A stretch of DNA of 64,000 bases from Microthyrium microscopicum (Eukaryota). The notes below the pieces were generated by a model. The model was not told the origin of the DNA and made no database searches. It was given only the letters and a program-made list of their open reading frames with translations. The position numbers were made by a program, and so were the translations under genes. How positions within the stretch are numbered: the stretch's first letter is position 1; every line of letters starts with the position of its first letter. This document shows positions 25,986 through 38,471 of the stretch, piece after piece. The stretch is from NCBI GenBank assembly GCA_010405405.1, contig MU004232.1, positions 2,772,507-2,836,506 on the forward strand, in the 5' to 3' direction.

Positions 25986-27615
25986 AATGAGCGAGTGACT
26001 GTATAAAGGCCCCAAAGGGGTAGCGAAAGAAAGATATTAGCTATATCGAGGTTGAACGAGTGACCTAGGGAAAGAAAGGAAGCGCAAAGTCAGGCATCGC
26101 GAGATGTTTATGGAATATTGAAGTTAGCCCCTTGTCAAGAAACAGCTCTACTGATTCTGACACGCGTGGCCAATCAAGCTAACCTACTTTTTTATGTTCA
26201 AGCTAGTCAAGACATTGATCAGCCACGGCGCTGGACCAGGCGTGGCAGAAGCTTGTTGGCGTTAGTGCTCTCCAGGAAAGGGATTCGAGAACCATTTCCT
26301 GGTAAAAGCCCAAGAACATGTCTGTCTCCCTGCCGAGAATTAGGCCAAATTATAAATATCAATAGACCCACCTGCCGAGACAGGTTTCTTTACAATGGCT
26401 GCGAATGATTCAAGCAGTGGAGATGTTGTTGTTGTACGACTATGGTACTGATTTCGAAATCTGATAAGGATCTGCGCTTTTCCAGATCTAGATCTACAGA
26501 GCCGCAAAGCACCACAACTAGGGGTACAACTGACGTTCTGTCATCCAATTTTCCATTCTGAACTTGGAACAGATCTTGCATCCCAGCTTCTTACAACTAT
26601 GAAAGCCATTTGATTAGCAGTGGATACATGCAGCTGTGCATTTCTGCGGCGCGAGTTATTCCTTCATCACAGCAACGAGGAACGACTCGATAAAACGCAG
26701 CAGGGGAAAAATAGAAAGTGAGCCATGCAGACGCCGAGAGTGTGCTGCCGATTGATCGTTCTCGGCGGCTACGACGCAAATTACTTCGCTTGAATATGAC
26801 CAAAAGAAAAGTAATGGCAATAACAAATAATAAATCGATATCTTGATCGAACGAGGGTGGGTATTTCGCTAGAGCCCAGGAGCGGCGCGAGGAGAGCTTA
26901 GTGACAGCTGTAATTGTACGGTCAGACTCAGACGAAGAGCTTCAGCAGTACTCCAGCAGTCCAATGATGCTCACTGCTTCTGCATCTGGATGGTGAAGCA
27001 CTGAAGTTGGAATGGCGTTCGCAGGGCTGTGTGGACTGGACAAAGCTCAGCGAGAAAAAGCAAAAATGCATGCAGAGTTGCCCCTGCGTCTGGAAGCACT
27101 AGCGCAGGTGGCGGCGTTGGCGTTCAACTTTATTGCGACAAATCTTAACATCATTGGTGATTCTGTCGCTGCCCACGCTCCTGGCTCCACGTCAATCATC
27201 ACATCGAGCTTTGCCATGCGAAGCCACGAAAAGGGCCTGTTATGTCGAGAGTCTAGACCGCATGACTCTTGGCGGTGGGTCGCGAAGCCAGACGCGTCGT
27301 ACAGTTGGAGACTCGGAGGTGCGCGATACAAGAGCCACATCTTTTCCCGACTTGTGACAAACATTCTCGTGGCTACCTAATTGAACGCCCAGAGCGAGCA
27401 CTTCCGATTGAGTCCGGAAGCACATCTCAAGAAAGCAATCTCAGCTGAGCAACTTATTCATAACCTTCTTTCCACTCCTCGGGGAGAGTTGGTGTTTCAT
27501 TTTCCAACCATTGATTCTTATGTTGAAGCTATTCGCACCATAGGCTCTAGTAGTTTCACATGTTTTGCATGTTATGTTGTCTCATTCATTACTCTTACAC
27601 ATACCTCACGCTAAC

Positions 27616-28807
27616 CTACAGACCCAAAGAAGGATTACTTCCTCCGATATCCTCCTTGCATGGTTTCGCACTTGTACATGCTTCTGTTAGATTTCGATTT
27701 GGACCATCTTCCCAGCCCTTCGTCGCATCCAGGTTTCTCTTGAATGTTTGTCCATCCCATTTCCAGGCTTGAACATACATATTATTGAAGTATTTGATAT
27801 CTTCTACAAGATTTCCAACAGGCATGACAACCTCATATGGCACTTCTGGTAGCACCGGTGCTGGCCCTGAAGCTTTGTACAAAGGTGGACCTGGTATGGG
27901 GTATGGTGTAATGTTGCGGTAGATATCGAAGTAGATACCTGGATCGCCGGGCTTATATCCTCCAGGAAACTTCACTCCACTCGGTTGAGCATTACCGTTT
28001 CCTTTCACTTCAATGTTGAAGCAAGAGATGAAATGCTACAAGATTCTGTTAGCCATATCCCTTGTTGGGCCCAGTTGACGGAGTTTCTTCGACTTACTTG
28101 GGCACCCTTTGTCTTAGCGGCGGCATCGTAATATCGACTATCCTGAGTGGCAAAGTGAAGAGTAATCAACTCGTGGCGTACAATATATTTGCCTGGCTTG
28201 ATATCGTGGGGAATAGTGGTCGCTGTCACATTGTCGTTCGATGTGAGTACGTCTGTCGCCCATGTCACATTGTCGGGCAACAATCCGAGTTCCCAGATTT
28301 TGACAAATTCGACGTTGTTGATGTCGACTTTATCCAAGTCACCCTCATATTTGCCCAAGTATGTCATCATTGGCCCCTTGTGCGTTATAGGCCAAGTGCT
28401 CCATCCGAATGTTATGTTGCTACCAGCTCTAGCCGGTGCTGAAAGCCCAGCGCGAATCGGATTTGATCCGCATGCAATGTCTTCTTTCAGAACATTGTCT
28501 GGTGCATATCGTGGATGGTTCTTGTATGATTGTCCAAAGGCAATACGCTTCACACCCGACTGGCCATCGACATGACTGAACAGATGTTGTTAGTGTCATG
28601 ATATAGATCCGATATAATAGCAGATATATCTACATACGGGTTAAATCCTGGGTACCTGGAATTAGAGTCAACTGAAGTTCTTGGCAACTCCTAGCCCGGC
28701 CGATTCGGCGAAACTCACAGTTTGTTGTCAACTCCAATCCACTTAACGTAACCATGCCCCAGCACGGATGTCACAAGTGACAGGACGATGAAAGCATTCA
28801 ACACCAT
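27616..28807 (-). CDS. AA9 (GH61) lytic polysaccharide monooxygenase with C-terminal extension; 4 exons
   Basis: Signal peptide MVLNAFIVLSLVTSVLG then His1 (HGYV). Motifs YPGF, WPITHKGP, PGKYIVRHELITLH, GAQ|HFISC (intron 28036-28097), FPGGY and YPIPGP. Confidence 0.9.
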
Positions 28808-29362
28808 TGTTGCAATGATTTTCCTCCGAAACTACGATTGCTGGTAAGGAATTGAGGTGGGGAACTCTTTTTGACCTCGTGTATTTGGGGCATGACTGGT
28901 TTTGTTCTTGCATTCGTCCGATGGTTTGCTCGGAAAGTCCCCGAAAATTAATATAACACATATTGCAGCGAAGAGGCACTACCACTGGACTTCCTCAGCC
29001 ACGAGGTTCCAAGCTAAGATCTCATATCTAAATAGGGGCTAGATTTAGCCGCGTCGATATGGTTCGGTGAGTTCTGCATGCGAGCCGCGTTGCAATAAGA
29101 TTATAGTTCGCACCTGCCAGATATCTAAAGAACTAAATTATCCCGGCAGATCTCAGGGTCATTCCTGGGTTCGCTCAAACTTATCTCATGGATCGCCATG
29201 AGACTTCGGCGGGATCCAGATCTATATCAATTGCTTGGAGGGCAGGTACCAAAGATAAGTACCGAATATATATCCTGATACCCCCTTTGACGCGGGTTTT
29301 TGGCATTGTGCTTATCGATTTCGCATAACATAGGAATCAATGAAGCAGCAACACCCAATATC

Positions 29363-30969
29363 ATGCATTTAACGCAATTTTTTGCTGGCATTACTCTACT
29401 TCATTGTTCATTAGCCGTTAAGATATTAGACGTGGTACGAGATGACCCGAGGCTCAGCGCGCTAGCTACGATCATAGCAGGAACTGGAGGTGGAGGAATA
29501 AATCCAGGTAATTGTTGAATTTACTGAGTATAGATGTGGCTCGTCCTAATGTAGTTCAAAGATCTTGAGCAACGATTTGGTCTGAATGGGAAAAATTTCA
29601 CCATTTTCGCCCCAGTCAACGATGTAAGTACATGGTCGCTTTGATGAATCAACATATAACTCTCCATACTTACGAAATCGGACAAGGCATTTACAAAAGG
29701 AAATCCAAGTTTTCACAAACAGCTCAAACTATCCGAGAATTACCCCCTGCTACTTTCTCTCATCCGGAGCCATATAGCAGATGGAAACATTTATCTACCA
29801 GCCCCTGGAAATCGAATTTCTGGAAACTCCGTGGAAGGCTATCCCATCGTTCTTGGAGTGGACCAACAAGGAAGCCGCACAATTGACAACAAATACTATA
29901 CTGTCAACATAACTTCCATGAGGAAGGTCGAAAATGGCCACATATACACGATAGATCGAGTTCTGGATCCATTTGTGCAATCGTTCGGCATGACAATTCC
30001 TCAAAACAAAAAGACAGACGCATTGCTTACCACTCCCCCGGGAACGCCAATCCCGTACGCTACTATGGCGGATATCGTGAGCTCTGATCCTAATCTCTCT
30101 ACGTGGCGAGGGATTATGAATGAGGTCTCTCCCAGTTTCATGAAAAGGTTGGCGGAAAAGCCAGCTAGCAGTCCAAAGTTATGCCCACCCGGGACAGCGA
30201 AGCCAAACGCCATCTTGCCTGATAATGCGGCCTTCGAGTATTTATCAAAGGAGTACCGAAAATCGCTAAAGGTATAGTCGCTCCAATTGAGCTTCTTCTT
30301 CTTCTCAAGGTTTCCATGATACTCAAGTTGAGCTCAAGCATCGTGTCAACTTGAGATATGTTGGGAAGCTGGTTCAATGATAATCTGAAAGAGAAGACTA
30401 GCTGAAACTTATGTACAGGCACCTTTCAATTTCGCAACCTCCCTCCAATTGCTAAGCTTTGGTATAACAAAGCCAACTTGCTTGGTAAGTTCGTACTTTC
30501 ATTGCAAAAGACCGAAACAACAAATTTTGGTTCTTCAGATCAGCATGACCTATGTTACTCCAGCGCAAACACTAACAATCACAGTCGTGGGAGGATATTG
30601 TCGGTATCGTAAGAGCATATAAAGGGGTATGTTACCAAGTTTTTCTTTCCCACTTTGACAATGGCCGGCAGCGATGTCACAAAGAGGATCATTTCGGGTC
30701 TTGACTCTCATTGACTAGCTGAGTTACTTTATGGAAAGAACTTGACTGAAGAAACACAATCAACAGATCTCCACCCATTGCTAATACCATCATAGTACAA
30801 AATATATTCACATGATTCTGAAATGAACATGACAATTACTGAGCCAGCGAAGGGCAGCGGCGAGTTCTTCCTCAACAACGCCAAACTTACCTTCGCAAAC
30901 ATGTGCGCCGGCAATGGATGCATTTGGGTAGTGGATCGATTGATTGATCCGGTCTATCGTCAAGTTTGA
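29363..30969 (+). CDS. Secreted fasciclin (FAS1) domain protein, multi-exon
   Basis: Signal peptide MHLTQFFAGITLLHCSLA. H1-like motifs FTIFAPVND and ILPDNAAF; H2-like motifs NGHIYTIDRVLDP and NGCIWVVDRLIDP, so two FAS1 domains. Stop TGA at 30967-30969. Internal exon boundaries not all resolved. Confidence 0.8.
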
Positions 30970-31227
30970 GCGTGATGTCACACATATGCTCAATGATATA
31001 ATATCACTTAATGTCGCATCATAATATCTCACTACTCGAATGTGAGCATCTAATATGCCCTCTTATCCACCCGTCTCCTTTTATTCACGTCTCACATTTC
31101 AGCCCAAAACATGTCGAATGTAGCCGACGGTATACCGCCTGGACGTTTTCTATCCTTTAGCAACTCGTCGAAACCGTGATTAAGGCCTCAATCACATTGG
31201 ATGTCAAGAACCTGGATTCAGCCTAGA

Positions 31228-32330
31228 CCAGGGATAGGTCTCTCAGAAATGATCTTCGAACGCTGTCATAAAATGTAGCAGAAGATCTTCTCGGCCAGCT
31301 CTCGCGACCAATCATAACCCGAAGGGCCGTTTGTTGTATCTCAAAGCGCCAAGAGGAGTCACTCCAATGGGATATCCTAAGAACCGAGTTAGTTGGCATT
31401 TACTCATGGTTATCCTTGGAAAAGAACTCATCCGCAGATGCAGCGGGATGAGCCAATGCAGAGCCCGCAGGGGCAGCCAGGATATCGATGTTGTTTTCAT
31501 CAAACCACACTTTCCAAAGCTTTGATGCTTGTCTGCCTTAAATCTTTTCGAGCACAGTCAATCTCTTACCCAGGTTCGTTGTGGGCCTGAGCTTTTATCA
31601 ATTCGTCTTGGTTGTTGTGGGCTATATAGCGAGTCAGTTATAGGTTCCAAATTGCTGTATGTGATCTTACAGGCGATTAGCGCGAAATCTTTGTGCTTTT
31701 CGTTAAACTCGATGATGTATTGTAGAGATTGTATCTTGGAGTCGGTCCGATATATCAGATCTCCAGGAATGCTTAAGTGTTTAATTTCCCAAAGTAGTTC
31801 ATGGTCAGTATCTATGAGAAACATTGTATCTCTTCGAACAGATACAGCACTATTGATCGAATCAATACTTACATGCTATCGGTCCCAATGCGTTTTTGCT
31901 GTCAACTTGAGAAAGTGGGGCATTTCAAGTATGTTGACAGGATATTGGACCGCTGAAGCGAGCGCCCTGATGTGTCGAACGATTATTTTGTATTCTTCCT
32001 TCTAAGATATATCAGCAAAGAGAACTATCACAACTCTAATACCAAGCCGCTGGCGTACCATCTATCCCGTAGTGCCATCATATTGTCGACATATGCTGTT
32101 GTCGAGCTTCCATATATCTGGATCTGCAAACCCAATCTTCAGACCAGAGAAGCTATCTTGAACAACGTAACGACCTGGTTTTTCTAGCGCCAGTTCAACA
32201 AGTGGCAACAAGTCTTTTACTGACTTGGCCATTGGACCTGCAGAGTCAAAGAACATACAGATTCCCAGAATGCCGTCCATGTCACATGGCATACTGTAGG
32301 CTTTAGCGGAATATTACATACCTACTTGAC
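31228..32330 (-). pseudogene. Truncated amidase-signature family pseudogene
   Basis: Fragments FDSAGPMAKSVKDL, LKIGFADP and GYPIGVTPLG...RPFGL*LVARAGREDLLLHFMTAFE. In-frame stops at 32062-32064 (TAG) and 31312-31314 (TGA). N-terminal half absent. Confidence 0.7.
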
Positions 32331-32754
32331 TTTGTTTTCAACGTACAATCTTACTAAATAACGGGGGTGGAACTAAAAAGCATCTAAAAGCATGGAGTAT
32401 AGATACACAAGCTCGAACCCTTTTCTCTATCGTTTTTAAGCCAGAGAACTTGACATATTAGTAAATGTATCTCCTACTCTGTGGTCTCTCATTTATTTGA
32501 GCAACCGCGCGCTTGATGTGAACTTTTCTTTGTCTATTATAGATGCCATTAACATAGTTCAATTTATTGAAATTATCTTATTGGCGCTTGCGCCAGTAAA
32601 GAAGATCTTCCCCCGGGGCTGAAAGTACTGGCAATCAAGAAGCTACCAGCGCCTAAGGGCGTAACTCGTGATCTCCTCCCAACAGACAACATCACTCTGA
32701 TCTAAAGTTTTCGTCGATTGGTTCTGGAAGGGAGTTTCTAGACGTTCGTTAATC

Positions 32755-34675
32755 ATGATTTCACAAATAGCCGGTCTGGGGGTTTGTTTTTGTTTCTTTC
32801 TCGTTCTTCCGTCCTCAACAGGTACATCTTTGAATGCCAAAGGGAAAACATTCACCCTTCACCAAACAGCAGTCCCTAGAGCACGACCTTGGTTCGCAGC
32901 AAAATCAGTCAAGGACACGCACTTAAAGTATCAGCTCCGCGTTCCCATTGAGATAGAAAATGCGCTCAGTCAGGAGATACCACCGAATCAAACAAGCGTT
33001 TCTGCAAGACCTGGAACAAGGACAGATCAAATGTACGTCGTGAATGTTCAAGTAGGTGGGCAAAACATGACTCTGGATCTTGATACTGGCTCTTCAGATC
33101 TGTAAGTAACCCCTGATTTACTCACGAAATGACAACTGCGTTTGTCTTTCATGAGAATGCTTTCAATTTCACAATTTCGTTGAATGCTAAGACTCTGGGC
33201 TCTGGGAGTTCGATTTCTGGCTGCAGTCACCTCGTCTTTCAATAACTTTCAGGAGAATACGTAAACACGCTAAACGTAATCATTTAGATGGGTAGTTTCT
33301 TCGTTGCTCCCCAGCACGTGAGTTATGGTCTTATCATTATCATGAGTTCCGGTTGTCTGCCAAATGTCTGCTTCACAGATATGTCAGCGATGACCAGTCT
33401 CCTTAGAAGGTTTATGTTAACGTCTTTCCAGTCAAAAAGCAACTCGTCCTGCCAGTAGATTATACGATCCTAACGGGAAGACAGCAAGACGGCTGGATGG
33501 ACACTCTTTTATGATATCTTATGGAGACCAGAGCTATGCCAAGGGTCAAGTCTACCTCGATCGAGTGGCTGTTGGTGACCTGGTCGTACCAAATCAGGCT
33601 GTCGAGGTTGCTACTTCCATGGCTACGAAATTTGTAGTAGAAACTGGGCACGATGGACTATTTGGGTAAGAAAGCTTCTTTCGTTGGATTGCTATCGCTG
33701 TAGCCTGTATTCTCACTCCTCCAATACTTGGTGTCTGCTGGTTTCGGGGTCTGGAGACCAGCCAGCCGATGAACGAAACAGCTGGCATGCTTCAATCAGA
33801 TGTGCTAGCTTCCATAGACCGGGCCCGGTTAGAAGATATCTTGATTGTCGCATTTATCAATTTCAATGGGAGATATCGCAGTCGATGGGAGCCACTTATT
33901 GTGCCCACCACTTGCCAGCTCACATCGCAGCTTAACCCACGCATTGGAGATATAGCTAACGAATCCAGGTTTGCCGCCAGCGCAAAGAACTCGGTATCAC
34001 CTAAAAGTCAGTTGACATGGTTTGACAACATTCGCCCGACATTGGCACAACCAGTGTTCACATGTTCTCTCAAGCGTCATGCAGTTGGTAGTTTTGATTT
34101 TGGTTATATCGACAAGGCGAAATACAGAGGGGACATTGTTTGGTCTAATGTGAGAGGACATCGAGGTTATTGGGACTTCAATCCAACTGGTTTTGCGATT
34201 GGGGATGGTGAAGTTCATCAGGCTACCTTTGAGGCCATTGCCGATACTGGGTCATCCTTATGGTAAGAGCCCCAACCTTCTAGGTCTACCCATGCAGCTA
34301 TCAACACCATTTTGTGCCTTATAGCTTTGTACTAATCAGTGTAGGTACCTGCCAAGGACTATCGCAGACGCTTACTGGAAACAAGTGCCCGGATCGAGCT
34401 ATTCAACTGCTCAGGGTGCTTTTGTGTTCCCATGTCAAAGCAAATTGCCCGAAATGACAGTTATTGTGTCCGGGCAGCCAGTCAGAGTCCCAGGAATCAA
34501 CATGAACTACCAAACCGTCTCTGCAGGCACCTGCATGGGCGGCATTAATCGTGATTTTGGTATGCCATTTAGTATTTTTGGAGATGCTTTCCTCAAAGGT
34601 CTCTTCGTGGTTCATGAAGTGCCTCTGAAAGGACAAAGTAGGATAGGATTTGCGGCACAAGCACGGAGCGATTAA
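32755..34675 (+). CDS. Secreted pepsin-like aspartic protease (MEROPS A1); 5 exons
   Basis: Signal peptide, two catalytic motifs LDLDTGSSDLWV and IADTGSSLW, flap ISYGDQS, IFGDAFLK. Introns 33102-33287, 33318-33431, 33666-33968 and 34263-34344 keep the frame. Confidence 0.92.
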
Positions 34676-35454
34676 GCATCTGAATATGTCCGCTCATCCA
34701 ACTCTAATAGGGCACATTCACCACCTACAGTATGGTGACAACGATGGAGTTGTGGTATCATCGAGGTCGTCTGTGATAAAGAGTTATAGAGGCACGGAAA
34801 CTAGACGATCAAGATATTTAGATAATGCCATTGATTTAAACAATGTGGGATTTCATAACGTTCAATGACATACTTAACTGTTTTCAGCTGGAAGGATGAA
34901 TTGACAAATATCACGCTTAAATAAGGTAATTATACTAGATCTATGTGTTTGGGACGTATGCAAACATTGAAAGTTATTGATATAGCACAACAAAAATTAC
35001 TTGTTCAAAAGGCAGTTGTTACTTAACGACCATTTGAGGTATCTAATTTGAGATGTCATGTCCTGGGCGGATTAAATCCTAAATACCTACCTACTCGGAG
35101 TGCACCACAAGCTTTCATCTTTAAATTGTGCCTAGGGGCCTTTTGACTAAGTCACTTGCTGCTTCTTGCTGCTTCCCTGCACAAAATGAATGGGTAGAGT
35201 ATGTATCTGAAAGGCTCTGAATGCGTATGATTTAGTCATCCAACAGGCTGGCAGTATGCAAGGCGCGCTCCAATCAGCCTCATTTGATTCCAGACGCTAC
35301 GCTCGTTGGTCGTGTGCTTTGTTTGCCTTGAAGGATGTTCTGAGTCGAAAGTTTCATCGAGTACAATGAGAAACATAGCACCTTTTGCTTAAGAGCGTTG
35401 GTGGCATCCATCAGAGTTGATGGGAGATCGCCATTTAGTTTGGCACGCGATTGG

Positions 35455-36952
35455 TCATCCTAGCAGAGTCCAGGTAACCACAGATTCTTTGTACACTCGA
35501 CCACTCCACTGTGAACCGCTCTTGAAATTGACGGTAACATACACATCATTTTGGAACTTGTTGGTTATGACCACGGTTTTGCAGCCGTCTGGATTTACGG
35601 AAGCTACACTTTGTAAGCCCGTTCCGTCGTCGTAGGTCCAGCTGCCAGTTCCCGCGAGGATGGTTGCGCCTTTCGGGATAAATTTGGAAAACTGGCCCAT
35701 CATGTAGTAGTCGATAGCAAAGTCATAGGTTCCTGCCGAGGTATCCACAACAAAAAGTCCACGACAGCTCCCACAAGCGTCGCTATCGGCAAGATGTGGG
35801 CCATAATTTGTGTCAGATCCAAGTGTCCAAGCCATAGACCCACTAGCCCAGTTCTGCAATGGGCCCATAGTGAAGTCCGCAGCTTGTGACCAGCCAGTGT
35901 ATGGAGATGTCCAACACTCAGTCATGTACTGCTGTATTCCAGGGTGCTTGTTGTGGAAGTCGGTAAGTACGCTCCATTTATTGTTCGCGGCATAGCAGTG
36001 CCATGCGGTTGCTTGCACATAGCGTGGTGCTGCATTAACAATAGTGTCTGGGTAGTCAGGTTCATCTAGATAGCGTCAGTATATCAATTTTGACGAGATA
36101 GACCGTAAACATACCAGTGTTGTGATCATATGCCCAAATTTGTGTGGCTAGGCTAGCATTCTTCAGGGCAGGGCCAATATTCTGTTGTATCAAATTTGCT
36201 GCCTGGCTGGCAGAAATATACATTGTTGGGAATCCAGCTTTGCTGTTGAGAGGCTCATTTTGAATGGTAATAGCGTCAATGTGAGCGCCCGATTGTTCGT
36301 ATGCCTGGAGATATTTGACGAAATACTGAGCGTACTGTTTGACGTATGAAAGGTTCAAATTATTGTTCACTGTAGTGCCAGTAACCAATTTATTTAGCTT
36401 CATCCATCCAGGGGGGCTCCAGGTAGAACCGAGAATTGTTAGACCTGGATTTAAGGCTCTCATAGATTTCAGTGTAGCTGCCATGGTCCTACCACTGCCA
36501 CCAAGATTGAAGCTTGAAATCGATGCATCCACATTGCCGCCGTTGTCGTCGTAGGTGTAGACCGGATCAGAAGACAAGTCGGAGGAGGCAACCGTATGTC
36601 GCATAAGGCTGAAATTGACCCCGTCTGAAGTCATCAGCTGCTTCAATAGATTCTGTTTCTTGTCGGACGCAAGTCTGTTGAGAACAGCGACCGTGGCGTC
36701 AGTAACTGCGGCACCAAAACCTGTGACTTTCTGCTTGTAACCAGAGGTAGTATCATCGACCTGGAGTTGCCACAATGACATCCCATTTGGAGTCCCGGAG
36801 CCTTTGACTGGAGGGTCAAATTGACTGAGCTTGTATTTTGCATCTGAGGATGAGCAAAACGCCGCGGCCTGGATGTAAGTATCTGCGACTGGGCCTGCTA
36901 CTGCTACGGATATGTCAATGACTAGAGCCGTAATGAGGACAAAGCCAATCAT
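35455..36952 (-). CDS. GH30 endo-beta-1,6-glucanase (Neg1-like); 2 exons
   Basis: Signal peptide; GFGAAVTD, MRHTVASSDLS, WSPPGWMK, acid/base ITIQNEP, nucleophile YMTECW, WAYDHNT, AWHCY. Intron 36066-36114. Confidence 0.92.
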
Positions 36953-38471
36953 GGCGATTTGTTGTTTTGTCTTTGATTATACCGATAAGAAACATGATTC
37001 TCTGTCTGGCATTGTGGGATAAGCTGACTTTAATACTCCACATTGAGCTCGGAAGAAGTTTTTACGAAAATAAGTAAGGGGGCTTTATGTAACCAACATT
37101 TTCAGGCCACCAAGTCTGTCAATTCTGAGACAAGCAATAAGAACGAGTTAGCAAGCCGAGCTGAAGAGCCAAGTTGGTGAGCTACCGTAAAAAACGCACA
37201 AGATGTCCGCAAGGTAGCCAATCAATTCAGCCAAAACAGCCTATTATTTGAAAAAGGCGTCGATTTGAGCGTTGAGTGAGAAGGTGAAGTTAAACTAAGT
37301 TTGGTAAGAGCCTCATCAAAACAAGCTAAAACCGCCCTCTTTATTGGTGCTGTATACAAAGGAAAACGGCACCTAAACTCCAAAGAGCTTGTGAACATCT
37401 TGTGCGTTTTGTACGGTATTCGGTGAAGCAAAACAAGCGGCGCATTAATACATAACCTTGCTCGCTAATAATTCTATGTCGAAATAATCAAAGAATTGCC
37501 CGGCATCGCTTATTTACTGCGTTCAGGATTCATATTACCCGAAAGAGGTGGAACCTGTGAGTTTCCGACCCCAAATGGCGTAATGCAAGGAGAAAGGAAA
37601 TTAAGAGGCTTCAAAGGTTAGGCAGTGTTACCAATTTGCTATCTGTTAGCATGGTTAGTTGTCTGACGCAATGATTGGATGGTATAACTTTCATTCAGCT
37701 TCTCGATTATTGGTGCTTATACCTTATGTATTCTTCTACATCATGTCAGCCGCAACTATTCTGGCCCATCGAACATTCAGACTCTACTATGTCATACCAA
37801 ACATCACTGAAGGTTTTTGATGGAGGATTCAACAAGTTGATCATCAGAAATCTGGATCTTATAGATATTTAGGTAACAGCTCTGTTTCTCGTGTGAACAA
37901 TTCAGAGAGACCAGTGAGGCGGCCCGAACACTTCCAAGTATAGAAAAGAGACGCTCGTAGTCAAGCCAACACGCCCACGAATCTACAGTAATATGAAGAT
38001 AAATAATTGTGCAACAGAATACGACTCCTCAAAATTAGGTCAGTGAGACTGTGACTAGCAATCGGATGTACTCCAGTATGTATAGAGTGCTTGCGACGTT
38101 GAGAGCCAAGTATGGAACGTAGGGACCCAGGTATTCTATCACGATTATCATCACTGCCAAATCGAATAGAGTATGGCTGTGCGGCTGTGCCTACTTCGGC
38201 AATAGTTAATGACTCGAGCACCATGAAGAACATCAAGGGACAGGCCCAATCATGAGTGGATCGAGCCTACCAATCGAAAATAATGTAACCTTGAATCCCT
38301 GACGTTGATTATTGCCTAGAATTGAGTTGTGGGGCTGTGTTTACTGAGATATGAGGACCTTATATTCTGAACGAAAGTCTGCAAAATTTTGCACACGAAT
38401 CCACAAGGCTCACTGCCTCAGTACACCCCCAAAACTAGATGCCATGACAGAAAGCGCGTCTGAGCTCCGAG

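Noticed and set aside
26961..27010. CCAA-TGATGC...CTGA-AGTTGG hairpin resembling a C/D box snoRNA
   Set aside because: Only about 50 nt, imperfect C box, and no recognisable rRNA guide.
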